Source of the DNA: Corallococcus silvisoli
GTDB taxonomy: Bacteria; Myxococcota; Myxococcia; Myxococcales; Myxococcaceae
Assembly: GCF_009909145.1 (NCBI RefSeq)
Contig: NZ_JAAAPJ010000005.1
Span: 336,470-400,469, forward strand
Direction: 5' to 3'
Length of the DNA stretch: 64,000 nucleotides
The position numbers and the translations under genes were made by a program. Every line of letters begins with the position of its first letter. Position 1 is the stretch's first letter. The notes below the pieces were generated by a model. That model saw only the letters and a program-made list of their open reading frames with translations. It had not been told where the DNA came from and ran no database searches. This document shows, piece after piece, positions 52,067-61,606 of this stretch.

Positions 52067-52597
52067 CTACCGGGTGGCGGCCAGGAGGAACTCCGTCACC
52101 CGCTCCAGGGAGGTGGTGCGCTCGGCCTCCGCCGGGAAGCGCCGGAACAGCTCCGGTGGCCCATGGAGGATGAGCGGCTTGCCATAGCGCAGCGCCAGCA
52201 CGGCCTCCGCCGCGGTGCCCGCGCCCCCGGGCAGCGCCACCAGGGCGTGCGGGGTCAGCACGTTGATGTGGTTGCGGCTCATGGGGTCCGTGCCCTGCTC
52301 CCCGCTGAGCGGCAGGTGGGTGTAGATGGGGATTTCGATGTCCGTGTTCGGATAGCCGGGCCGGGGCTGGTAGCGGCCGTCCGTCCCCACGGTGCCGGGG
52401 ATGATGCCGATGGCCGCCCCCCGCCGCCCCTCCACCTGGACGAAGGCCTCCGCGGCCGCGCTCATCACACCGCCCCCCGCCCCGGTGAGCAGGTCGAAGC
52501 CCGCCTCGGCGATCCACCGCGCCAGGGGGACGACCCACTCCGCGTGGGCCTCCGCCCCCGAGCCGAAGACTCCGATGATGCGGCGGTGTCTGCGCAT
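52067..52597 (-). CDS. LOG/TIGR00725-family (SLOG-type Rossmann) protein
   Basis: IGVFGSG, LLTGAGGGVM and LPGGAGTAAE motifs. The track ORF is trimmed to ATG 52597. Confidence 0.7.
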   Translation of the reverse strand: MRRHRRIIGVFGSGAEAHAEWVVPLARWIAEAGFDLLTGAGGGVMSAAAEAFVQVEGRRGAAIGIIPGTVGTDGRYQPRPGYPNTDIEIPIYTHLPLSGEQGTDPMSRNHINVLTPHALVALPGGAGTAAEAVLALRYGKPLILHGPPELFRRFPAEAERTTSLERVTEFLLAATR

Positions 52598-52840
52598 GAC
52601 TGCATCCTCCCCAGGAGCCCCGAGCTGCGTGAGCCCCTGTTCCATGCGAATCCGTTGCCAACGCCGCAAGGGCTCACGGACCGCCGTGCGGCCTCCCTCC
52701 CGTCCACCCGTGGAAGGTGCGCGGGGCGAGCGTCCGACACCCGTCGCTTCCCCCCGCCTGGAGCGCCAGACGCCCTCACCCAACCTGGGATGTCGGACCC
52801 CTCCTCTACCTTCGTTCACGAATGAGCCCGGAGACTGCCC

Positions 52841-53146
52841 ATGTTCGACGCCTGTGGAGGTTGTGAGCGCCGTGGTACCGCCGGTGAGGTGTTCGACTGG
52901 TGCGCGCACTGCGAATTGTCCCTGTGCCCCCTCTGCCTCGGACGGGGCTGCTGCGGAAGCACCCCCGCGGAGTCCGGACGGGGCGCGCCCCGGGAGCTGC
53001 CCGAGCCCCCCGAGCACGCGTGCGAACCCCTGCCGGAGCACTTCGGCGGACGCTGCTGCACGCACGCGCGCGCGGTGGCGTGCTCCTGCGCCTTCCACTG
53101 GGTCTGCGTGCGCCACGGCGACGTGCACGTGGGGACGCACGACTGA
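52841..53146 (+). CDS. Cys-rich small protein (101 aa), B-box/zinc-ribbon-like N-terminus
   Basis: C5-x2-C8-x12-C21-x2-C24-x4-C29-x2-C32, then further Cys/His. High GC3. GGAGA lies upstream of the ATG. Confidence 0.55.
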   Translation: MFDACGGCERRGTAGEVFDWCAHCELSLCPLCLGRGCCGSTPAESGRGAPRELPEPPEHACEPLPEHFGGRCCTHARAVACSCAFHWVCVRHGDVHVGTHD

Positions 53147-53274
53147 CATCCGGTCAGTGCCCGGGTGACGTGAAGCATCAACCCCAGGCGGGGCGTTGAC
53201 ACATGGGGGGCCTGTCCACGACGGTTTCAGCCCGTCGGGCACTCCTGCCCGGACGCATCGCGGAGCAAGACACC

Positions 53275-53667
53275 ATGGGACTCGCCGAACGGAAGGAAAT
53301 GGCGGCGTTCAAGAGGGATTCCTTCGAGCCGAAGGTGCAGGAGCTGAGGCAGGCCGCGGGCGGCGCGGACATCCAGGCCACGCTCGACGAGGCCAGCTTC
53401 ACCACGGTGGCCGCCATCCAGATGATCTCCAACGGCATCTTCGACCGGCTCATCGACGACATGAAGTCCGTCTGCGACGACGACATCGGCAAGGAGGCCG
53501 TCCGGGACGGCATCAAGACGGTGCACATCCTCCACAAGGACGACGCCGGCTACACGCTGGAGCTGGGGGGCGGCACCTTCACCATCCGCGCGAAGGTGGA
53601 CGGCTCGCTGGGCGACGACCTGCCCGGGTACGGCGCCTACAAGGACTTCCTGCTGAAGAAGCTGTAG
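53275..53667 (+). CDS. Hypothetical protein (130 aa)
   Basis: High GC3 from ATG 53275 (MGLAERKEMAAFKRDSFEPKVQEL...). No motif recognised. Confidence 0.7.
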   Translation: MGLAERKEMAAFKRDSFEPKVQELRQAAGGADIQATLDEASFTTVAAIQMISNGIFDRLIDDMKSVCDDDIGKEAVRDGIKTVHILHKDDAGYTLELGGGTFTIRAKVDGSLGDDLPGYGAYKDFLLKKL

Positions 53668-53733
53668 GCCGCGCCGACAGGCCGGTGGGACGCCCGAGCT
53701 GGCCACCGCCAGCCCGGGATCATCCGCTCCAGC

Positions 53734-56700
53734 TCAGGGCACGTCCAACGCGACGCCCTGGCCCGGGACGGCCATCACCCAGCGGACGAGGTCAGGCTTG
53801 CCGCCGCAGGTGACGCGCACCTCGAACTCACGCCCCGCGGGCATGGGACTGGCGAGCGGCGTCTGCCCCTGGAGCACCTGGGAGCCCAGCGCGACGCGGC
53901 ACCCCTGGGCGCCGGTGACGCTGAGCGTGCCCCGGGCATCCGCCTGGGGCGCGGCATCCGCGAGCGTGCGCAGGTCGATGTGCTCGGCCTTCGCCACCTT
54001 GCCAAAGCGGTGCAGCTTGCCGTCCACGGCGGTGGAGACGAGCCAGCCGCCCGGATCCTCGGGCAGGGCGTGCTTGCCCTCCAGCAGCACGCCGGACACG
54101 TAGACGCGCTCACCCTCCTGGGCGTTGCGGACCTCCATGCCTCCCTTGGGCAACAGGAAGGCCAGCGCGAGCCCCGCGAGCACCAGTCCGCCTCCGCCCA
54201 CCCACAGCCCCTTGCGCTGACCGGACGTCAGGCCCTTGCCTGGCGCGGGGTGCCCGCCCGCGCTGGGAGCAACGGGCGCGGGCGGCGGCACGGCATGCAC
54301 CGGGGCCGGAGGTGGGGCCACGCGCTCTCCCGAGGCACGCGCATGCGTGGGCACGGGAGTGGAGCCAATGGGCGGCAAGGAGGCCGTGTGCGGAGGAGGC
54401 GGCGGCGCGGAGACCTGCGGCGCGGCGGCGACGGGAGGAGGCGGCGGGACCGCGGTCATCGGCGCCACGCTGGGCACGGAGACCGAGGGCCGCGCGGGCG
54501 GCTGCGGAGGAGGCCCCACGCGCGTGGGCACGTTGGCGGAAGCGGCCGGGCGCACCGCCGTCGGTGACGGCAACGGCGACACGGGCGGCGGCGCGGCAGG
54601 GCGCGAAGGACGGGGCGCGGGAGCGGCCATCACGGGCGGCGCGGCGGGAGGGCGCGGCGGTTCGGAGGCGACGGAGACGACCTCGGTGCCCCGCTCGGCG
54701 GGCTCGGGCGCGGCGGCGACGGGCGGCGGCTCCATCCGCGGCATGCTGCCGGAGCCCCCGCGCACGGGAGGCCGGGACAGGTCCGACGGAGCCCGCATGT
54801 CGCTGCCAGAACCGGAGCCCGTGCCCAGGTTGCGCGAGTGCGAACCCGTGCCCGGCATCAGCGCCCGGGGGTTGGAGCCCGTCCCCGAGCCGGCGATGGA
54901 GGACGGCGCGTACTCGGAGAGCCGGTCCCCCAGCGCCTCCTTGAAGAACTGCGCCACCGACGCGGGCGACGAGGACAGCCGGTGGTGCGCGATGACCGCT
55001 TCGATCTCCTCGCGCATCGCCGCCGCGGAGGGCGTGCGGCGCGCCGGGTCCTTCACCAGCGCGCGCAGGATGAGGTCGGACACGTCCTGCGGGATGTGCG
55101 GCTTGAGCTGCGAGGGCACCGGCGCGGGCTCGCGCACGATGGCCGCGAGCGTGGCCGCGTCATGGTCCCGGCGGAACGGCAGCTGCCCGGTGAGCAGTTC
55201 GAAGAGCACCACGCCCAGCGCGAACACGTCGTTGCGCCAGTCCAGCGGGCGGCCGCTGGCGGCCTCCGGGGAGAGGTACGAAATCTTCCCCTTGATGACG
55301 CCCGCCTGCGTCTGCTCCTCGCCCTGCACCTTGGCGATGCCGAAGTCCGACAGCTTGATGGCGCCGTCGAGCGACACGAGCACGTTGTGGGGGCTGACGT
55401 CGCGGTGGACCACCGGGTGCGCGGTGCCGGACGGGTCCACGTAGCTGTGCGCGTAGTGCAGGCCCGCCGCGACCTCCGCCACGATGCGCAGCGCGTGCTC
55501 CAGCGGCAGCGCCATGCCCTTGCGGCGCAGCTCCGTGATCAGGCGCTTGAGGTCCGGGCCGCGCACGTACTCCATCAGGATGTACGCCACGCCGTCCGTC
55601 ACGCCCACGTCGAAGGTCTGGACGATGTTGGGGTGCGTGAGGCGCGCGTTCGCGCGGGCCTCCGCGAAGAGCATGTCGACGAACTCGGGGTTCTCCGCGA
55701 ACTGCGCGAGGATCTTCTTCATCACCACGAACTTCTCGAAGCCCTTCACGCCCTGCTGCTTGGCGAGGAACACCTCCGCCATGCCGCCCTGCCCCAGCCG
55801 GCGGATGATCTGCAGCCGGGCGCTGCCGCCGTGCACGTCCGTGGGCGACGTGCCGCGGGCCCCGGGGTCCGCGTTGGTGGAGCCGAAGAGGTACTGGCTG
55901 AGCGCGCGCTGCTCCAGCGCCTCGATGTCGTCGAGCGGCTTCTCGGTGAGCGGCGTGCGCGCCAGCAGGCCCTGGAACTGCGCCAGCGCCGGGGCCCGCG
56001 CGGTGCCGCCGCAGACGGGGCACACGCGGTCCATGGTGCCCTTGGCGCGCAGCACCTCCAGGTATTCGGAGGTCTGGATGCGCTGGTGGGTGACCTGGCC
56101 GCAGTTGCGGCAGTCGCACGGCAGCCACAGCGTGGCCAGCTTCGCCGGCAGCGGCTTGGAGGACTTCGCCAGCACGCCCAGCATCGGCGGGGGCACGCGG
56201 CAGAGCACCACCTGCGCGCCCTGCGCCGCCACCTCCAGCACTTGTTCGATGCGCGGCAGGGCCTCCGGCTCCACCGTGCTCACGTGACAGCAGTCGAACG
56301 CGACGCGCCCCTCCAGGCCGGACGCGAGCCGGCGCACGTTGAGGTCGCCCTTCAGCGTGCTGGCCAGGGTGATGAAGGTGATGTCGTCCTGGATGATCTT
56401 CAGGTGCGAGGAGAGCTCGGACGGCTCCGACGGACTGCTGGCGCGCAGGTAGCGCAGCACGGCCGGGTCCACCGCGGAGAACTGCTGGCGGCGGGCGAAG
56501 TCGAAGAACTCCGTGGGCTCGTCCGCGAACTCCAGGGGCTGCGCGCACACGGGGCACTGGTGCGGCGGGGCGCCGCCCTGCTCCAGGATCTTCGCCTCCT
56601 CCACCAGCCGGACCAGCCGCAGCCGGTCCTCCTTGCAGAAGCGGCAGGTGTAGGGCGCCAGCAGGGAGAGCACGCGCGCGACGCCCGCGAAGCCCTCCAC

Positions 56701-56973
56701 CATGTTGAGCTGATCCACCACCACCGGCGGCGCGTTGACGACGTACAGGGCCGACACGCCCTGCGGCGGGTGGCCCACGAACTCAATCCACCGGCGGACG
56801 CCGAAGGAGCTGATCCGCTCCACCAGGCCCAGGTCCACCACCACCAGCCCCGACATCCCCTTGGAGGCGGGGGAGAGGGGGAAGGTCTCGTCGATCACTC
56901 CGGCCACGCGCACGTGGGTCAGACTGCCCACGCGCAGGGGGGTGATGCTGGCATTGGAAGTTTGGCTTTCCAC
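53734..56973 (-). CDS. Hanks-type Ser/Thr protein kinase with two N-terminal STAS-like modules, zinc ribbons, one TM helix and a C-terminal extracytoplasmic domain
   Basis: Kinase motifs GQGGMAEV, VVMKKI, HRDVSPHN and DFGIAK. STAS-like VVVDLGLVERISSFGVRRW. CxxC...CxxC pairs (CRFC..CPVC, CRNC..CPVC). TM helix GLWVGGGGLVLAGLALAFLL. Probable GTG start 56973 with GAGGG upstream. Confidence 0.88.
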   Translation of the reverse strand: MESQTSNASITPLRVGSLTHVRVAGVIDETFPLSPASKGMSGLVVVDLGLVERISSFGVRRWIEFVGHPPQGVSALYVVNAPPVVVDQLNMVEGFAGVARVLSLLAPYTCRFCKEDRLRLVRLVEEAKILEQGGAPPHQCPVCAQPLEFADEPTEFFDFARRQQFSAVDPAVLRYLRASSPSEPSELSSHLKIIQDDITFITLASTLKGDLNVRRLASGLEGRVAFDCCHVSTVEPEALPRIEQVLEVAAQGAQVVLCRVPPPMLGVLAKSSKPLPAKLATLWLPCDCRNCGQVTHQRIQTSEYLEVLRAKGTMDRVCPVCGGTARAPALAQFQGLLARTPLTEKPLDDIEALEQRALSQYLFGSTNADPGARGTSPTDVHGGSARLQIIRRLGQGGMAEVFLAKQQGVKGFEKFVVMKKILAQFAENPEFVDMLFAEARANARLTHPNIVQTFDVGVTDGVAYILMEYVRGPDLKRLITELRRKGMALPLEHALRIVAEVAAGLHYAHSYVDPSGTAHPVVHRDVSPHNVLVSLDGAIKLSDFGIAKVQGEEQTQAGVIKGKISYLSPEAASGRPLDWRNDVFALGVVLFELLTGQLPFRRDHDAATLAAIVREPAPVPSQLKPHIPQDVSDLILRALVKDPARRTPSAAAMREEIEAVIAHHRLSSSPASVAQFFKEALGDRLSEYAPSSIAGSGTGSNPRALMPGTGSHSRNLGTGSGSGSDMRAPSDLSRPPVRGGSGSMPRMEPPPVAAAPEPAERGTEVVSVASEPPRPPAAPPVMAAPAPRPSRPAAPPPVSPLPSPTAVRPAASANVPTRVGPPPQPPARPSVSVPSVAPMTAVPPPPPVAAAPQVSAPPPPPHTASLPPIGSTPVPTHARASGERVAPPPAPVHAVPPPAPVAPSAGGHPAPGKGLTSGQRKGLWVGGGGLVLAGLALAFLLPKGGMEVRNAQEGERVYVSGVLLEGKHALPEDPGGWLVSTAVDGKLHRFGKVAKAEHIDLRTLADAAPQADARGTLSVTGAQGCRVALGSQVLQGQTPLASPMPAGREFEVRVTCGGKPDLVRWVMAVPGQGVALDVP

Positions 56974-56977
56974 CCGC

Positions 56978-57823
56978 CTACCCTCGTTCCAGACAGAACA
57001 GCAGCGACTTGGGCTGCGCGGCCCGGCGGCGTGTATCCCCCAGGTCCACCCCACAAGCGAATTGCGTCCGCTTTCCCGGGGTCACCCGCACCGCCACTGC
57101 GTCGCTGTGCTCCAGGATGCGCCGCAGACCCAGGCCCGCGCCACCGCCAGAAGCATCCACCTGCGCCTTCTCACCCCACGCCTTCACCACCCGCACCAGC
57201 GGTGACACCGTCAGCCGGCCGAAGCGGTCCGTCGCCTCCAGCCACGCGCGGCCCTCCGCCACCGCCCAGGACACCAGGCAGCGATCTTCCTCGGCCACCG
57301 CCTGCACCTGTCCCCGCCGGTGGGCGTACTTCGGCTGCCCCTCGGCGTCCACCGGGGCGTCGAGGAGCGCGTTCACGCCAATCTCATGGACGACATCCGC
57401 CACCCGGCTGGCCGCGCCCTTGGAGGCCCCCGTCCGCAGGACCTCCTCCGCGGCGCGCTCGCCCGCGGCCGTCACCTCCGCCACGCTGCCCAGCCAGGCC
57501 ACGGACGTGGCGGCCTCCCGCGGAATCAGGGGCTCGCCGCGCAACAGCGAGCTCAAGAGCCGCGCCTCCCAGCCGGACGGCTGCCCCGCCTCGCCGCGAG
57601 TGGCCAGGAGCAGGGCCGGGGGCCGCTGCTCCAACATCGCCGCGTGCGCGGCCGTCAGCCGCCCGTCGAAGAGCACCAGTCGCGGCGCCGCGTCGTCACC
57701 CCGCCCCAGCAACAGGCCATCCCGGGCGAGCACCCCGGAGGCCTTTTCCAGCGCCTCCGGCGTGAGGGTCGTATCCGGCGTCAACTTCAGGGGAGCATCC
57801 TTCACGGCGGCGACGGTATCCAA
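56978..57823 (-). CDS. RsbW/SpoIIAB-like HATPase domain protein
   Basis: C-terminal half has an N-box-like HEIGVNALLDA, then DRFGRL and GGGAGLGLRRI. Start uncertain: TTG 57823 lies 8 nt after the receptor stop. Stop lies 4 nt before the kinase GTG. Confidence 0.65.
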   Translation of the reverse strand: MDTVAAVKDAPLKLTPDTTLTPEALEKASGVLARDGLLLGRGDDAAPRLVLFDGRLTAAHAAMLEQRPPALLLATRGEAGQPSGWEARLLSSLLRGEPLIPREAATSVAWLGSVAEVTAAGERAAEEVLRTGASKGAASRVADVVHEIGVNALLDAPVDAEGQPKYAHRRGQVQAVAEEDRCLVSWAVAEGRAWLEATDRFGRLTVSPLVRVVKAWGEKAQVDASGGGAGLGLRRILEHSDAVAVRVTPGKRTQFACGVDLGDTRRRAAQPKSLLFCLERG

Positions 57824-57831
57824 ACAGCGCC

Positions 57832-60453
57832 CTAATAATGGAGTCGAACTTCTGTGAAGACGCCCAGCGGCGGAGCGGGGAAGCCGTGGGACTCCTCGTA
57901 CTTCGCGTTGAACAGGTTCGTGCCCAGCAGGGACACCGCCACCCGTTCGTGGACGTTGAAGCCCACGCGCGCCGTCGCGGTGATGTAGCTGGGCAGCTTC
58001 ACGCGGGTGGTGGTGCCCGCGTTCTCGTCCACCACGAAGCCGGGGTCGAAGCGCGGGCCCACGAACAGGCCGTAGAGCTCCACGAAGGCGAACTTCCCGA
58101 TGTTGGTGCGGCCGCGCAGGTAGACGCGGTGGCTGGGCGCGTAGTCCAGCGGGTAGCTGGCCCCGCCGCCCACGGGCAGCGCCTGGGCATCCAGGAACTG
58201 GTAGGCCACGTCGAAGGACGAGTTGAGGGACGGCACCTGCGCCGCCGCCTCCGCCTCGAAGCCCGCCACGCGCGCGTCGCCCAGGTTGCGGAACTGGGAC
58301 GTGGAGCCGAAGACGAGCTCCTGATTGATGAAGTTGCGGGCGCGGTTGTAGAAGCCCGTGCCCGTCAGGCGCACCCGGCGGTCGAACGGCCAGAAGTCCA
58401 CCGCCGCCTCCACCGTGTCCAGCGTCTCCGCGCGCAGCGACGGGTTGCCCAGCAGCGTCGCGGCGTACATCTGCTGGTTGATGGCGAGCTCCGCCAGCGT
58501 GGGCGCGCGGAAGGCGCGGCCGTAGTTGGTGCGCAGCGTGAGCAGCTCCGGGATGGCGTGGAACACGACGCTGGCGCGCGGGGAGATCTGATCCGTGCGC
58601 GCCTCCCAGACCTTTTCGGGGATCTGGTAGTTGTCGTAGCGGGCGCCCGCGCCCACCACCAGCCGGTCCGTGGCGCGGAACTCCGCGTCCACGAAGCCGC
58701 CCAGGATGGTCTGCTTCGTGTCATCCAGGGTCAGGCCCGGGAGCACGTTCTGGTTGTTCACCTGGTCGGCCTTCACGTCGCCGCCCACGGTGACGGACAG
58801 CCGGTCCAGGGAGAAGAGCGCGCGCGCCTCGCCGCCCAGCCGGCTGCGCTTGCCCAGCGTGTCCTCCAGCGCGCCCGTGATTTCATTCTCCAGCGTCACG
58901 TTGCGGCGCTTGAAGAACGCATAGCCCTGGGCGAACACGCGCACGTTGTCCGTCACCTGCTGATCCAGCTGCACGGCGGCGTTCAGGTTCTGGACGTGCT
59001 CGTTGTCCTGCGCGGTGTAGTGGCAGCGACCGCAGTTGCCCACGGTGGAGATGTTCTGCCCACCGGGCCGGCCGATGTTGCCGTCGGTGAAGTCCGCGTC
59101 CAGCGCGAGGGGACCCACGCGGACCTTGCCGTTCACCTGGTGCACCAGCGAGTCCTCGTTGGTGTCCGTCTGGTTGAGCTGCGGGTTGTTGAAGAGCTGC
59201 GGGCCGTCCGAGCCGTAGCCGTAGTAGCCGAGCAGCGCCTCCACGGGGCCACCGCGGCCGGCGACGTTGGTCTGCAGGCGCCACGTCTTGTCCTGGCCGG
59301 CGAGGATGCGCGCGTCGGCGCCCACGTTCTGGCCCTTGGCGATGAGATCGCCCGGCTGGCGCTCGATGATGTTGATGACGCCGCTGAAGGCGTTGGAGCC
59401 GTAGAGCGACGAACCCGGGCCGCGGATGACCTCCACCTGCTTGAGGTTGGTCAGCGGCGTCGTCTCATCCGCGTAGAACTGGCCCGTCCAGGGATCCGTC
59501 AGCGGACGGCCATCCTTGAGCAGCAGGAGGCGGTTGGACAGGTAGTTGGAGCCCAGGCCGCGCGCGCTCACCGCCGCCTTGCGCATGGAGCCCCGGCGGC
59601 ACTCCATGCCGGGGAAGTACTGGATGGCCTCGCAGAGCGAGAACTGGCCGGTGCCCTCCAGCTCCTCCGCCGGAATCCAGGACACCGTGAGGGGCACGTC
59701 GGAGATGCGCTGGCTGCGCTTGGAGGCCGTGGTGACCATGGCCTCGCTCAGCGCCTGGTTGACGGTCTTCTCGAAGTCGTCGCCGTTGCCCAGCGCATCC
59801 GGGCCATCCAGGCCGGAGAGGCTGGAGGGCGGCGGCATCGCGCGGTCCGACGCGGGCTCCGTGAAGGGCGCGCGGTCCGGGACGTTCTCGTTCATCCGCG
59901 GCTGCGAGCCCGACAGCACCGCGCCAGCGCCCAGGTGCTGCGCGGGCGGCGGGTTGGCCGGCACATCCGACGTCAGCGGGCCGTCGTAGGGAGACGGCGA
60001 CGCGACGGGCGTCCCCGGCGAGGCGACGGGCATCGGATCCGCCACCGACGGGCCCGGGCCGGGCGCGGCCACCGGGGCCGGCTGCTCCACGGGCGGCGTG
60101 GCGACGAACGGCTCCTCCGTGGGAGATGGCGCGGCGTCCGGCTCCACGGGCGGCGGAGGCGTCTTCGCCCCCCTGCGCGTCTTCGCCGTGCGCGCGGGTT
60201 TCGTCCCCGGCGCGGCGCTCTTCGCCGCTGGCGTGGCGCTCTTCGCCGCTGGCGTGGCGGGCGCGGCACGCTTGCGCGTGGCCTTCGTCCGCGTCTTGGG
60301 AGCCGGCTCCTGGGCCTCCTGGGCCTGGGCACGTTCCACCGTGAACAGCGACAGGGCGCACAGCACCAACGTCAGACGCGCGAACGCGCCCGGCCGTCCT
60401 GCAAGCCCCTTCACCGCGAAGCTTCGCGGCCCACCGTACTCAGTCGAGTCCAT
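57832..60453 (-). CDS. TonB-dependent receptor with a ~190-aa low-complexity N-terminal extension
   Basis: Signal peptide. Plug region (SKRSQRISDVPLTVSWIPAEELE...VEVIRGPGSSLYGSNAF). C-terminal barrel ending VFTEVRLHY. Confidence 0.88.
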   Translation of the reverse strand: MDSTEYGGPRSFAVKGLAGRPGAFARLTLVLCALSLFTVERAQAQEAQEPAPKTRTKATRKRAAPATPAAKSATPAAKSAAPGTKPARTAKTRRGAKTPPPPVEPDAAPSPTEEPFVATPPVEQPAPVAAPGPGPSVADPMPVASPGTPVASPSPYDGPLTSDVPANPPPAQHLGAGAVLSGSQPRMNENVPDRAPFTEPASDRAMPPPSSLSGLDGPDALGNGDDFEKTVNQALSEAMVTTASKRSQRISDVPLTVSWIPAEELEGTGQFSLCEAIQYFPGMECRRGSMRKAAVSARGLGSNYLSNRLLLLKDGRPLTDPWTGQFYADETTPLTNLKQVEVIRGPGSSLYGSNAFSGVINIIERQPGDLIAKGQNVGADARILAGQDKTWRLQTNVAGRGGPVEALLGYYGYGSDGPQLFNNPQLNQTDTNEDSLVHQVNGKVRVGPLALDADFTDGNIGRPGGQNISTVGNCGRCHYTAQDNEHVQNLNAAVQLDQQVTDNVRVFAQGYAFFKRRNVTLENEITGALEDTLGKRSRLGGEARALFSLDRLSVTVGGDVKADQVNNQNVLPGLTLDDTKQTILGGFVDAEFRATDRLVVGAGARYDNYQIPEKVWEARTDQISPRASVVFHAIPELLTLRTNYGRAFRAPTLAELAINQQMYAATLLGNPSLRAETLDTVEAAVDFWPFDRRVRLTGTGFYNRARNFINQELVFGSTSQFRNLGDARVAGFEAEAAAQVPSLNSSFDVAYQFLDAQALPVGGGASYPLDYAPSHRVYLRGRTNIGKFAFVELYGLFVGPRFDPGFVVDENAGTTTRVKLPSYITATARVGFNVHERVAVSLLGTNLFNAKYEESHGFPAPPLGVFTEVRLHY
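60215..60256 (-). repeat. Perfect 21-bp tandem duplication encoding ATPAAKS x2
   Basis: gcgctcttcgccgctggcgtg occurs twice in direct succession, inside the Lys/Ala/Pro tract of the receptor. Confidence 0.9.
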
Positions 60454-60688
60454 CGTTCTCTATTCCACGAGGGGAAGCAGGGATGTCCGCGGTCCTTGCG
60501 CCAGGATCCAGAGCCGGTGCGACTGGCAATCGTCCACAGGGGCGTGTTTCCACCCCTGAACGGTGGCGTTCCGCTCGACTTCTCAAATTACCGCAATAAC
60601 TGGTCTAAGGCCAAGTCATGGCTGTCGATCCCAGCAAATCGCGCGCGCGGCATCGCAAGGCCGCGCGCGGATCAGCCGCGCCACGCCG

Positions 60689-61606
60689 TCAGTCGTCGGG
60701 CTGTTCGGCGGAGACGGCCAGGTCGTCCGCGAACGGCGGCAGCGCGGGACCCAGCGAATCCGACTGCACCAGCGCGGGCGTCTCCACCCGCAGGTCGGGG
60801 GCGTCCGCGAAGACGGGCAGCCGGCGCGGAGGACCCTGGGTGACGAGCTTGCGGAAGTCGTCGAATTCACGGCCCTGGATGCGGGCGAAGGCGTCGAACG
60901 GGGCCACCGCCCCCACTTCGGGCAGGGACTGGGCCAGCGCGCTCCCCCCGCCCTTCAAGTCCACCAGCACCGCGCTCGGCACCCGGGCGCTGCGGAAGAG
61001 CACGCGCTGGTCCTTGGGGACGTGCGCCACGGGAACGAGCGCGGCCTCCGCGCCCTTCGCCTCCAGCATCTTCACCGCCGACTCCACGTTGGGCACCGGC
61101 ACCAGCTTGAAATGACGCTGCGCGTCCAGGTCTCCGCCCAGGACGACGTGGGAGACGAACTTGGGATCCGCGGGGCCCGCGCCCTTGACGAGCGCCATGC
61201 GCTTGCCGGCGAGGTCCTTCACGGTGCCCTTCTGGGTGGAGATGATGGCCCAGCGCTGCTGCGTCTCACCGGCGTGCGGCGCGTACGCCACGGGGTCCGC
61301 CTTGGCGCCCAGCTGCACGGCGGCCCAGGCGTCCACCACGGCGAAGTCGATCTGCCCCTCGCCCACCGCCTTGGAGAAGTCCTCGTAGCGGCCGAAGCTG
61401 CGGGCGGCGACGGGGCGCCCCAGGGCGGCCTCCAGCTTCTGGGCCAGCGCCTCCGCGTACTGGAAGCGCTCCTGGCCGTCCGACAGCGTGGTGGCGAGGA
61501 ACACGCCCAGCGTCGCCTTCTTGGGCGCCGCGGACGCGGGGAGTGCGACGAACAGCACGGCGGCGAGCAGGAGGCTCCACCGCGCGACAAGGGATGGCGT
61601 CTTCAC
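60689..61606 (-). CDS. Periplasmic substrate-binding protein, PhnD-like
   Basis: GTG start 61606 with GGAGGA upstream, overlapping the TPR gene stop. Signal peptide VKTPSLVARWSLLLAAVLFVALPASA. Type-2 periplasmic binding-protein-like pattern (YEDFSKAVGEGQIDFAVVDAW). The family call is tentative. Confidence 0.6.
   Translation of the reverse strand: MKTPSLVARWSLLLAAVLFVALPASAAPKKATLGVFLATTLSDGQERFQYAEALAQKLEAALGRPVAARSFGRYEDFSKAVGEGQIDFAVVDAWAAVQLGAKADPVAYAPHAGETQQRWAIISTQKGTVKDLAGKRMALVKGAGPADPKFVSHVVLGGDLDAQRHFKLVPVPNVESAVKMLEAKGAEAALVPVAHVPKDQRVLFRSARVPSAVLVDLKGGGSALAQSLPEVGAVAPFDAFARIQGREFDDFRKLVTQGPPRRLPVFADAPDLRVETPALVQSDSLGPALPPFADDLAVSAEQPDD

Noticed and set aside
57838-60843. 1001-aa plus-strand ORF antisense to the TonB-dependent receptor. 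The same reasoning covers 42126-44642, 44706-46433, 24438-26045, 54838-57765 and 37476-38489.
   Set aside because: Each is antisense to a gene with strong family motifs, and each has Arg/Gly/His-rich low-complexity translations.
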